From an uncultured Candidatus Rokubacteria bacterium (GTDB lineage Bacteria > Methylomirabilota > Methylomirabilia > Rokubacteriales > CSP1-6), in contig CAVXJS010000021.1 of assembly GCA_963762145.1 (NCBI GenBank), positions 32,001 to 96,000 on the forward strand: a stretch of 64,000 nucleotides of DNA, in the 5' to 3' direction. The notes under the pieces were generated by a model, which saw nothing but the letters and a program-made list of their open reading frames with translations, was not told where the DNA came from and searched no databases. A program made the position numbers and the translations under genes. Below, piece by piece: positions 46,159 through 58,242 of the stretch. The stretch's first letter is position 1, and each line of letters opens with the position of its first letter.

Positions 46159-47984
46159 GACGACGCCTCCGCGCTCCGGAATCCCCGCCAGCGCTCCTCG
46201 GCCTGCGCGAAGCCGGGCCCGCGATCGATCAGGGGCAGATCGCGGGCGCGGCGCGCGCGCTCCTCCTGGGTGGCGGTCTTGTCCACCTCGAGGGTGGCCG
46301 CGTCCACCACCACCCCGTAGTCCTCGAGCGCGCCGCGTGGCGTGATGAACCCGCGCGCCACGTCCTGGCGCACCCGCTCCGGCTCGCGCGCGAGCGGGTC
46401 GCCCCAGCCGCCGCCGCCACACGTTTCGAAGCGCAGCAGGTCGCCGCGCTTCAGGACGATCGCGTCGCCCAGCGCCGGCAGCACGCGCTCCTCCGGCGTC
46501 CCCGGGTTGAGCGTGATGCGCCCGGTGCGGCCCGCGCCGCCGCCCGCCACCCCATAGGGCGCGACCACCGTGTTCTCCATCCGCGTGGCCAGCTCGGCAC
46601 GCTCGGCCAGCACGCGCACGTCGCGCACCACGCCGGTGCCCCCGCGCTGCACGCCCGGCCCGCCCGAGTCCGGGCGCACCGCGTAGCGCTCCACCCGGAG
46701 CGGGAAGTCGCGCTCCACGTACTCGACCGGGTAGTTCTCCTGGGCGATGTAGTAGATGACGTCCACCCCGTCCGCGAACGGGCGCGCGCCCAGCCCGACC
46801 CCGAGGCCCTCGATGCAGAGGATCGGCCGCTGCCGAACCGCGTCCCAGGACCGGAAGTAGTAGAGCACGTAGACCGGCGAGCCCGCGGGCACGCGGCCGC
46901 CGTTGGCCTGCGCCAGCGTGCCGAAGATGCACGACATCACCCGGAAGCGGGTATTGGCGCGCATGCCGAGCGGCGCCGGGAAGCGCGGCTTGAGGATGCT
47001 GCCCTCGCGCGCGATCCACTCGTCGAGATTGTGCAGCAGCCCCTCGTTGACCTCCAGGTCGGGGTCGAGCGACTGGAGATACCTCCCGAACGCGATGCGG
47101 AGCAGGCCGGGATTGGTGGTGAAGTTGATCGGGCCGCGCGCCTGGTCGTCCGAGCTCGAGCCGTCGAGGCGCACGTGGTCGCCCGCGCGCGTCAGCGTGA
47201 GGTCGATGCGATAGGGCCGCGCCTCGGCCCCGCCGTCGCTGTCGAGGAAGTCGTGGAAGCGCCACTCCCCCGGAGGCACGAGCTCGAGGAACAGCTCGCG
47301 CGCCCGCACTGCGGTCTGGGCGATGCACTCGTCGAAGGCGGCCAGCAGCGTCTCCACCCCGTAGCGGGCGCAGAGCTCGCCGAGACGCGCCTCGGCCAGG
47401 TGGCAGGAGGCCATCATCGCGCGCGTGTCGCCCTCCACCAGGTCGGGCAGCCGCGAGTTGCGGAGGAAGATCCGGTACGCCTCCTCGTTGAGCTGCCCCT
47501 CGCGGACGATCCGCACCGGGGGCACGAGCACGCCCTCGTGATAGATCTCGGTGGCGTGCGGTGAGATCGAGCCGGCCCGCAGCCCGCCGATGTCCTGGTA
47601 GTGGCCGAACGTGGTGGCGAAGGCGACCGGGCGGCCCTCGTGGAAGACCGGCACCGTGAAGACCATGTCCTGGTGGTGCTGGACCGCGCCGTCCGAGATG
47701 TAGGGGTCGTTGAACCAGTACACGTCGCCCGGCCGCATGGTCTCGAGCGGGTAGAGCGCGAGAATCGGCTGCAGCATGCCGGGCCCGCTGCCCGAGATGT
47801 GACAGGCCACGATGCGGCCCCGCGTGTCGAAGATGCCGACGAAGTAGTCCTTCTTCTCCTTGATGAAGGGCGACATCGCGCAGCGCTCCATCAGGAGCTC
47901 CATGTCGCGGATCGCGGAGGCGAGGCTGCCGCGGATGATCTCGAGCGTGATCGGATCGACGCGCGGCGAGGCGGGCTCAGGCAT
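46155..47984 (-). CDS. Hydantoinase B/oxoprolinase subunit
   Basis: DPITLEII, NDPY..HHQD, HYQDIGG, EIYHEG, GGGGWGDP. Confidence 0.92.
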   Translation of the reverse strand: MPEPASPRVDPITLEIIRGSLASAIRDMELLMERCAMSPFIKEKKDYFVGIFDTRGRIVACHISGSGPGMLQPILALYPLETMRPGDVYWFNDPYISDGAVQHHQDMVFTVPVFHEGRPVAFATTFGHYQDIGGLRAGSISPHATEIYHEGVLVPPVRIVREGQLNEEAYRIFLRNSRLPDLVEGDTRAMMASCHLAEARLGELCARYGVETLLAAFDECIAQTAVRARELFLELVPPGEWRFHDFLDSDGGAEARPYRIDLTLTRAGDHVRLDGSSSDDQARGPINFTTNPGLLRIAFGRYLQSLDPDLEVNEGLLHNLDEWIAREGSILKPRFPAPLGMRANTRFRVMSCIFGTLAQANGGRVPAGSPVYVLYYFRSWDAVRQRPILCIEGLGVGLGARPFADGVDVIYYIAQENYPVEYVERDFPLRVERYAVRPDSGGPGVQRGGTGVVRDVRVLAERAELATRMENTVVAPYGVAGGGAGRTGRITLNPGTPEERVLPALGDAIVLKRGDLLRFETCGGGGWGDPLAREPERVRQDVARGFITPRGALEDYGVVVDAATLEVDKTATQEERARRARDLPLIDRGPGFAQAEERWRGFRSAEASS

Positions 47985-50055
47985 GGGAGCGCTCCAGGAG
48001 GATATTGTGCGCGTCGTCGACGCGGGCGCGGAAGCCCGGCGCCACCAGCGGGGTGGCGTCGTCCTGCTCGATGATGGCCGGGCCCTCGAACGCCATCCCC
48101 GGCGCCAGGCCGTCCCGCGCGTAGCAGGGCGTGGAGACGAAGCCCGCGCCGCGGAAGTACACCGGCCGGTGGCCGACGATCGCGGCGGCCAGCGTGCCCC
48201 CGCCCGTCACGGGCAGGGTGCGCTCGCCGTGCGGCAGGGCGCCCACCGCGGTGAGCCGCAGGTTCACCAGCTCCACCGGCGCGTTCGGCAGATCGTAGCT
48301 GTAGAGCCGCCGGTGCTCGGCGTGGAACGTCGCCACCAGCTGTTCGAGCCGGGCCGCGGTCAGCGGGCCCTCGCCGAGCGGACAGGTCAGCTCGAAGCTC
48401 TGGTGCTCGTAGCGCAGGTCCGCGCCGCGCTCGAAGCGCTGCCGCTCGGGCGGCACCTGCTCGCCCGCCAGCCAGGCCTGCGCCTGGCGCTCGAGCTCCC
48501 GCCAGGCGCCCTCGAGCTCCGCCACTCCGCGAGCCGCCTCGGCCAGCCGGCGCGCCCCGGTGCCCGCGGTGCGCACGAACGTCGAGCGGATGTCGGTGTC
48601 GAGCAGGCCCCAGGTGGACAGCACGCCCGGCCGCGCCGGGATGATCACGGTCGGGATGTCGAGCAGCTCGGCCAGGCGACAGGCGTGGAGCGGCCCCGCG
48701 CCGCCGAAGGCCACCAGCGCGAACCGGCGCGGGTCGTGGCCGCGGCCGACCGAGACGGTGCGGATCGCGCGGGCCATGGTGTTGTCCACGATCTCGACGA
48801 TGCCGGCCGCCGCCTCCTCCACGCCCAGGCTCAGCGGGCGACCGATGCGCGCCGCGATGGCCTCGCGCGCCGCCGGCACGTCGAGCGGCAGCTCGCCGCC
48901 CAGCAGGGCCGCCGGGATGCGGCCCAGCACGAGGTGCGCGTCCGTGACGGTCGGCTCGCTCCCGCCGCGCCGATAGCACACCGGCCCGGGCTCGGCGCCC
49001 GCGCTGCGCGGCCCCACCGTGAGGCGGCCCGCGCTGGTCACCGTGGCGATGCTGCCGCCGCCCGCGCCGATCGTGTGGATGTCGACGATGGGCAGCTTGA
49101 GCGGGAACGGCCCGATCATGCCGTCCTTGGTGACCTCGGGCCGCCCGTCGCGCACCAGGCAGATGTCGGCGCTGGTGCCGCCCACGTCGATCGAGATGAT
49201 GTCGCCGAAGCCGGCCGATCGACCGACCGACACCGCGCCGACGACACCGGCGGCGGGGCCCGACAGCACGGTCTGCACCGGCTGGCGCACGCAGGTGGCC
49301 GCGCTCGTGACGCCGCCGTCCGACTTCATGATGAGCAGGGGCGCCTGCAGGCCCTCGCGGTCCAGCGCCTGGCGCAGCACGCTCACGTAGCGGCTCACCG
49401 GCGGCATCACCGCGGCATTGAGCGCGGTCGCCATGGTCCGCTCGAACTCGCGGAACTGCGGCAGCACCTCGGAGGACAGCGACACGAGCACGCCCGGGTA
49501 CTCCTCGGCCAGGATCGCCTGCATGCGCTGCTCGTGCGCGGGATTGGCGTAGGCGTGAAGGAAGACCACCGCGACCGCGGGCACGCCCATCTGGGCGAGC
49601 TGGCGGGCCAGGGCGCGGGCCCCCGGCTCGTCGAGCGGACTGAGCACGGAGCCGTCCACGTCGAGCCGCTCGGCCACCTCGAACACGCGCTCCGGGGTGA
49701 TCGGGCGCGTGGGCTTGGACCAGCCGTAGAGGTTGCCGTGGCGCGGGATGTCGTGGCGCCCGATCTCGAGCACGTACTTGAAGCCGGCCGTGGTCACGAG
49801 CGCGGTGGGCGGCGTCTTGCCCTCGAGGATCGCGTTGGTCGCGGTCGTGGTCCCGTGGAAGACGCGCAGCACGTCGACGGGCGCGCGGCCGGCCAGGGCC
49901 AGCACCTTCCGCACCGCGGTGATGAAGCCGGTGGAGAGATCGCCCGGCGTGGAGGGCGTCTTGGCGACCCAGAGCGCGCCGGTGGCGGCGTCGGTGAACG
50001 TGATATCGGTGAAGGTCCCGCCTACGTCGATGGCGAGCGTGCAGGTCTTGGTCAC
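47977..50055 (-). CDS. Hydantoinase/oxoprolinase A subunit
   Basis: IDVGGTFTD, HGTTTATN, SGPAAG, DVGGTS, SAGAEPGP, FGGAGPLH. Confidence 0.92.
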   Translation of the reverse strand: MTKTCTLAIDVGGTFTDITFTDAATGALWVAKTPSTPGDLSTGFITAVRKVLALAGRAPVDVLRVFHGTTTATNAILEGKTPPTALVTTAGFKYVLEIGRHDIPRHGNLYGWSKPTRPITPERVFEVAERLDVDGSVLSPLDEPGARALARQLAQMGVPAVAVVFLHAYANPAHEQRMQAILAEEYPGVLVSLSSEVLPQFREFERTMATALNAAVMPPVSRYVSVLRQALDREGLQAPLLIMKSDGGVTSAATCVRQPVQTVLSGPAAGVVGAVSVGRSAGFGDIISIDVGGTSADICLVRDGRPEVTKDGMIGPFPLKLPIVDIHTIGAGGGSIATVTSAGRLTVGPRSAGAEPGPVCYRRGGSEPTVTDAHLVLGRIPAALLGGELPLDVPAAREAIAARIGRPLSLGVEEAAAGIVEIVDNTMARAIRTVSVGRGHDPRRFALVAFGGAGPLHACRLAELLDIPTVIIPARPGVLSTWGLLDTDIRSTFVRTAGTGARRLAEAARGVAELEGAWRELERQAQAWLAGEQVPPERQRFERGADLRYEHQSFELTCPLGEGPLTAARLEQLVATFHAEHRRLYSYDLPNAPVELVNLRLTAVGALPHGERTLPVTGGGTLAAAIVGHRPVYFRGAGFVSTPCYARDGLAPGMAFEGPAIIEQDDATPLVAPGFRARVDDAHNILLERSHA

Positions 50056-50120
50056 GGGCGGGCCTATTGTAGTCCCGTTCCCAGCCAACCGGCCAACCGT
50101 CTGCTACACTTCAACCAGGC

Positions 50121-50166
50121 GACGGAAAGCGGCGCGGACTGAACGGGCCGACGCCGCTTTGTCGTC
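50121..50166 (+). promoter_or_regulatory. Long 5'-UTR hairpin before dnaJ/cbpA-clpB
   Basis: GACG-G-AAAGCGGCG..CGCCGCTTT-GT-CGTC; extended -10 TGCTACACT at 50102-50110. Confidence 0.5.
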
Positions 50167-50173
50167 TAACCAT

Positions 50174-51217
50174 ATGGAATTCAAGGACTACTACAAGACG
50201 CTCGGGGTCGAGCGGACGGCCGACGACAAGGCGATCAAGACCGCCTACCGCCGGCTCGCCCGCAAGCACCACCCGGACGTCAACAAGGGCAAGGCCGACC
50301 GCTTCAAGGAGATCACGGAGGCCTACACGGTCCTCGGGGATCCCGAGAAGCGGAAGCGTTACGACACCCTCGGGCCCGACTGGGAGCGCTACGCCCAGGC
50401 CGGCGCCGGGGCCGGCCGCTCGCCGTTCGAGGGCCGCCCCCGAGGCGGCAACGTCCACTTCTCGCAGGAAGGCGACGCGGGCGGCTTCTCGGACTTCTTC
50501 CGCACGATCTTCTCGGACCTCGGCGGCTTCCGGCGTGCCCAGGCCGGAGGCGGCGCGACCGAGTTCGAGTTCTCGGACCTGGGCGACGGCTTCGGCCCGG
50601 TCAGCCGTGGCAGCGATGTCGAGGCGGCCATCGAGCTCACGCTCGAGGAGGCCTTCCAGGGGGCGAAGAAGGCGATCGCGCTCGACCTCGACGAGCCGTG
50701 CCCGGAATGCGGCGGCTCGGGCAACGTCAACCGGCGCCCCTGCCCGCGGTGCCGGGGCGGCGGCTGGACCAAGAGCACCCGGAACCTGGAGGTCAAGATC
50801 CCGGCGGGCGTGGACACCGGCTCGCGCGTGCGCATGGCCTCCGAGGGCGTCGGCGGCGGCTCGGGCGATCGCGCCTCCCGCGGCGACCTCTACCTGCGCG
50901 TGACGGTGGCGCGCCACCCGCGCTTCGAGCGCCGGGGGGACGACCTCCACGCGGACCTGCCGGTGCCGGTGACGGTGGCCGCGCTGGGCGGCGAGGTCTC
51001 GGTGCCCACGCTCAAGGGGCAGGTGTCCATGAAGATCCCGGCGGAGACGTCGAGCGGCAAGACGTTCCGGCTCCCCGGATACGGCATGCCGCGTCTCAAG
51101 GGCGGCGGGGCCGGCGACCAGTTCGTGCGGGTGCAGATCACGATGCCGACCGGGCTCAACCCGAGAGAGAAAGAGCTATTCCAGGAGCTGAAGAAGCTCC
51201 GACCGGAGACCAACTGA
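50174..51217 (+). CDS. J-domain co-chaperone (CbpA/DnaJ family)
   Basis: KDYY, HPD, G/F region, FSDFF, two CxxCxGxG motifs, DnaJ C-terminal domain. Confidence 0.92.
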   Translation: MEFKDYYKTLGVERTADDKAIKTAYRRLARKHHPDVNKGKADRFKEITEAYTVLGDPEKRKRYDTLGPDWERYAQAGAGAGRSPFEGRPRGGNVHFSQEGDAGGFSDFFRTIFSDLGGFRRAQAGGGATEFEFSDLGDGFGPVSRGSDVEAAIELTLEEAFQGAKKAIALDLDEPCPECGGSGNVNRRPCPRCRGGGWTKSTRNLEVKIPAGVDTGSRVRMASEGVGGGSGDRASRGDLYLRVTVARHPRFERRGDDLHADLPVPVTVAALGGEVSVPTLKGQVSMKIPAETSSGKTFRLPGYGMPRLKGGGAGDQFVRVQITMPTGLNPREKELFQELKKLRPETN

Positions 51218-51218
51218 G

Positions 51219-53812
<2,594 letters not shown>

Positions 53813-53816
<4 letters not shown>

Positions 53817-55618
53817 GTTCCGATCAGGCCGCCGTCGGCGCGGCGGATCACCACGGTGGCCGAGCGGGGCCGTCCTCCGGCCGGGCCGTCCGGCCACGCG
53901 CTGATCCCCTGCGGGGTCGCCGGGTTGCTCCGCTCGCTCGGCGTCTCCCCCGGGTGCTGGATGTTCACGAACATGGTCCGCCCGTCCGGGGTGCCGGTGG
54001 CGCCGGTGACCTCGCAGCCGCGAGGACCGGTGAGGAAGCGCCGCACCTCCCGCGTGACCGGATCGGCGGCCAGCATCTGGTTGTTGCCCATGCCCGCGTA
54101 GTCCCCCTTGTGGAGGAGCCGCGTGGACACATCGGTCTGGATCCACACCACCCCGCGCCCGTCCACCCAGAGCCCGTCCGGCGAGCCGAAGGCGTCGCCC
54201 TTGCTCGCGGGGTCACCCCCGAGGATGAAGACGTCCCACTCGAAGCGCGTCGCGGTCGGATCGCCGCCGCGCTCCCGCCAGCGGATGATGTGGCCGTACA
54301 CGTTCTCGGCCCGCGGATTGGCCGGATCCGGTCCCGGGCGCCCGGCCTGGCCGCGCGTCTCGCTGTAGGAGAGCGCGCAGTAGGCCTCACCGGTCTTCGG
54401 ATGCACCGCGATCCACTCCGGCCGATCCATCTTCGTGGCGCCCGCGAGATCCCCGGCCAGACGCGGCGCGATACAGATCTCGGCCTGGCTCGGGAACCCG
54501 GCGCCCGCGTCGAGCCCGTTCCGCCCGGGGGCCAGCTCGAGCCAGACGCCGGTGCCGTCGGCGTCGAAGCGGGCCGCGTAGAGCGTGCCGTGCTCGAGAG
54601 CACGGCGATGGGCCGGGTCGCGGGTCACGAACTTGTAGATGTACTCGAAGCGCTCGTCGTCCCCCATGTAGAAGGCCACGCGGCGATCCGGCGCCACCGC
54701 GACGGCGGCGCCCTCGTGCTTGAAGCGCCCCATCGCGGTGTGCTTCACGGGCGGGCGCGAGGGCTCGAACGGATCGATCTCGACGACCCAGCCGAAGCGA
54801 TTCGGCTCGTTCGGGTGGCGCGCGGCGTCGAAGCGCTCGTCGAACTCGTGCCAGCGGTACCCGCCGCCCCGCTCGGTAATCCCGTAGCGCTTCTGGAGCG
54901 CGGGGACGCTGCCGGAGCGGTTGACGAAGTAGAACTGGATGTTCTCCTCGCAGGTCAGGTAGGTCCCCCACGGGGTGTAGCCCATCGCGCAGTTGCTCAT
55001 CGTGCCGAGCGCGCGGCGGCCGGCCGGATCGGCGGCGGTCCGCATCCACGCGTGCCCGGCCGCGGGCCCGGCGATCCCCATCGGCGTCGCCGCGGTCACC
55101 CGGCGCGCGTAGCGCGACGGCCGTACGACACGCCAGCGGTCGCCGTCCCGTCGCACCTCGATCACCGAGACCCCGTGCGCCGCCTGCGACTTCCGCACCT
55201 TCTCGGCGGTCCAGGTCAGCATGCCGTCCGGGTGGAGCAGCCCGTCGTCGGTGTACTCGTGGTTGATGGCGAGCAACCCGCGGGTCGAGCCGGTCTGACC
55301 GGCGGGCAGCGGGAAGAAGTGCATGCCGTCGTGGTGCATGCCGGCCTGGCGGAGCTGATCGTCCACGCTGTTGCTCGCGTCCGGCTTGAAGGCGGGGCCG
55401 TCGGAGATCGGATCGCCCCAGGCGTAGAGAATTTCCGCGAGATAGCCCGGCGGGACCACCAGGGTGTCCGCCGTCGACACCGGTACGCCGGTGAAGCCGA
55501 GCGGGCCGCCCGCCCAGGGCGTGGGTCCCAGCCAGCCCAGGCCGGCCGCGGCGAGGCCGGAGGTCAGGAGGCGCCGGCGCGAGAGGCGCGCCTGGAGCAC
55601 GTCCGAGAAGATAGACAT
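53813..55618 (-). CDS. phoX: PhoX alkaline phosphatase, Tat-exported
   Basis: SRRRLL Tat motif; [44 protein letters not shown]. Confidence 0.92.
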
Positions 55619-55644
55619 CGCGGCATGATACCGCGAGAGAACGG

Positions 55645-56034
55645 CTAGGACTGGCCGAGGAGCCCCGAGACCGCGCGGGAGAGATCGTCCACCGCGAACG
55701 GCTTGATCAGCACCGGCACCTGCGTGCCGTGCAGGAACCCGGAGTACTCGGGCGAGTCCACGAAGCCCGAGATGAACAGCAGGTGCGGGCGCGTATCCGG
55801 CCAGCGCCGCGTCAGCTCGAGGTAGAGGCTGGGCCCGTCGAGGCCCGGCATCTTGAGATCGCTCACGATCAGGTCGTAGGGATTCGCGGCGTCGAGCAGC
55901 CGGAGGGCGTCGGCCCCGTCACGCGCCGTCTCCACCGAGTGCCCGTCCGAGGCGAGCACCGCCGCGACCAGCTCCCGCACCGGAGTCTGGTCATCCACCA
56001 CGAGGACACGCTTGGTCTGCATGGGCGCCTGCAT
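55645..56034 (-). CDS. Single-domain response regulator
   Basis: VLVVDD, DLKMPGLDG, ISG, KPF; start at 56034 or 56022. Confidence 0.88.
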   Translation of the reverse strand: MQAPMQTKRVLVVDDQTPVRELVAAVLASDGHSVETARDGADALRLLDAANPYDLIVSDLKMPGLDGPSLYLELTRRWPDTRPHLLFISGFVDSPEYSGFLHGTQVPVLIKPFAVDDLSRAVSGLLGQS

Positions 56035-56048
56035 GCCTCCTGAGTAGA

Positions 56049-56063
56049 GCAAGGCCCCTGCCA
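56049..56063 (-). promoter_or_regulatory. sigma54-type promoter
   Basis: TGGCAGGGGCCTTGC, 14 nt before ATG 56034. Confidence 0.6.
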
Positions 56064-56215
56064 GTCGGCCGCGACCCACGCATCCCGCGGAGATGCCTCG
56101 GAATGACCGGTTCTGGGCGTCGCGCCCGTCCGCGCCGCAACAGCACGGACGTCGGCCGGGCGTCGATACGAAAGCTGTCCGCGGCGGGCGCAGAAGGTGC
56201 GCGGTGTTCGCGGGC

Positions 56216-56700
56216 TCAGGTACGGCTCGTCAGCAGCTTGATGCCGGCCAGAGCGAACACGGCTCCTAGCGCCCCCTGGATCCACCGTCGCGCCCGGGAG
56301 TACGCGGGCACCATCACCCGAATGGAGAACGCCTGGCATACACCCAGTGGATGATGATCGACAGGATGGACGTCCCGGCCACGATGGCGAATGCGACCCA
56401 CACGGGTGCGTGCTCCTGGAGCCCCAGAGAAATGATTGCGATCCACGCCAGCGCGGCCTTCGGATTGGTCATCTGAATCGTGAGTCCGCGCACCGCATAC
56501 CCGAACGGCGTCCGGGTCGATCCGGACAGCGTGGTGGCCTCGAGGTCGTGCGCCGAGGCGGCGGAGCGGAACGACTTGTACGAGAGCCAGAGCAGGTACC
56601 GTCCGCCCGCGATCTTGATGGCGGTGAGCGCGGCCGCATATGACGCGAGCAGCGCGGACAACCCGACCGCGGCCAACATGGCCCAGCAGATGGCAATCTC
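56216..56700 (-). pseudogene. LysE/RhtB exporter remnant (5'-truncated, frameshifted)
   Basis: CWAMLAAVGL..IKIAGGRYLLWL..QMTNPKA..; C-terminus RRWIQGALGAVFALAGIKLL in another frame; the N-terminal PGP motif is missing. Confidence 0.75.
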
Positions 56701-56929
56701 GTCCGTTTGGGTGCGTCTCTTCTGGCGGAAATGAGGAACGGGGGTCCGATTCGTCGCCACTAACTCCCCTATCCGGCGAGCGCGATCATCCATTGTAAGT
56801 ACCCGCCGGGTCGCCATTGTCTGGATGTCACCGGTCACCCGGCCGGTCTGAATCCCGGGGCGGGCGGTTTGCCATCCAAAGGGGCATCAGCGTAAGCTGG
56901 TGCGGTTTCCCGATCGCGAGGAGGAGCGG

Positions 56930-58219
56930 GTGAAGGCAACGCGGAGCGGAGTGCACTACGCGTGGGTCGTCCTGGGCGCCCTCGTGGTCGTCATGCTGCT
57001 GGCCTCCGGCCTGCGGGCCGTCTTCGGCGTGTTCATCAAGCCGATGGAGACCACCTTCGGCTGGGACCGGGCCGCGCTGTCGGGCGCCGCCGCGCTCTCG
57101 CTGCTGCTCCTGGGCGCCGCCGGCCCCTTCGTCGGCTGGCTCGCCGACCACTGGGGCCCGCGCCGGGTCATCATGCTCTCCGTGCTCCTGCTCGGGATCG
57201 GGACGATCCTGACCTCGCAGGTGAGCGCGCTCTGGCAGGTCTACATCACAGCGGGCGTGTTGATGGCGCTGGGCTCGGGCGGCGTCGGCATGTCCACCGC
57301 GGCGACCGTCGCCGCGCGGTGGTTCGAAGGTCGCCGCGGGCTCGTGATGGGCGTGATCGGCGGCGCCATGTCGGCAGGCCAGCTCATCATCGTGCCGCTC
57401 GCGGTCATCTTCACCCTCACGTTCGGCTGGCGGCTATCGTTCATCTGGCTCGGCATCCTGCTCTTCGTCATCGCGGTGCCGTTGACCCTCCTGTTCATCC
57501 GCAACGACCCGGGCGAGAAGGGCCTCAAGGCCTTCGGCGCGGGCCAGGCCATCGCGCCCGGCGGCATGCAGGCTCCGCCGGAAGGCCGGACCGGCATCGG
57601 CGACGCGATCCACGTCCCCGCGTTCTGGCTCCTGGCGGGCAGCTTCTTCGTCTGCGGCTACACGTCGAACGGGCTCGTGCTGACTCACCTGGTACCCCAC
57701 GCGGCCGAGCACGGCTTCTCCGAGATGCACGCCGCGCAGGCCCTGGGCGTGATGGGCGCGATGAACATCCTGGGTACCGTGCTCTCGGGCTGGATCTGCG
57801 ACCGATTCGGGCGCAAGGGGCCCCTCGCCTTCTACTACGGCGTGCGCGGCTTGTCGCTCCTGTTCCTGCTCTATGTCTGGAACGTGCCGTCGCTGCACAT
57901 CTTCGCGGCGATCTTCGGGTTGAACTACATCTCGACGGTGCCGCCCACCACCACGCTGACCGCCAACATTTTCGGCCGCTACTCGGTGGGCACGCTCTCG
58001 GGCTGGATCTTCTTCGCGCACCAGGCCGGCGCGGCGCTCGGCGCGGCGATCGGAGGCTGGATCTTCACCGCCACCGGCTCCTACACCTGGGCGTTCACCT
58101 CCGCGGCCTTCATGGCGTTCCTGGCGGTGCCCATGGCGCTCGCAATCAAGGAAGTGCCGGTGAACCGGACCCCCAGCAAGACGGTGGCCCCCGCCGGCCT
58201 GCCCGCCACGGCGAGCTAG
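56930..58219 (+). CDS. MFS transporter
   Basis: GAGGAGGAG RBS and GTG 56930; about 12 TM segments; GWLADHWGPRR, GWICDRFGRK. Confidence 0.92.
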   Translation: MKATRSGVHYAWVVLGALVVVMLLASGLRAVFGVFIKPMETTFGWDRAALSGAAALSLLLLGAAGPFVGWLADHWGPRRVIMLSVLLLGIGTILTSQVSALWQVYITAGVLMALGSGGVGMSTAATVAARWFEGRRGLVMGVIGGAMSAGQLIIVPLAVIFTLTFGWRLSFIWLGILLFVIAVPLTLLFIRNDPGEKGLKAFGAGQAIAPGGMQAPPEGRTGIGDAIHVPAFWLLAGSFFVCGYTSNGLVLTHLVPHAAEHGFSEMHAAQALGVMGAMNILGTVLSGWICDRFGRKGPLAFYYGVRGLSLLFLLYVWNVPSLHIFAAIFGLNYISTVPPTTTLTANIFGRYSVGTLSGWIFFAHQAGAALGAAIGGWIFTATGSYTWAFTSAAFMAFLAVPMALAIKEVPVNRTPSKTVAPAGLPATAS

Positions 58220-58242
58220 CGGGCTGGAGTAGAATGATGGGC

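Noticed and set aside
50060-50173. CIRCE or HAIR heat-shock operator
   Set aside because: Neither TTAGCACTC-N9-GAGTGCTAA nor CTTGAGT-N7-ACTCAAG is present.
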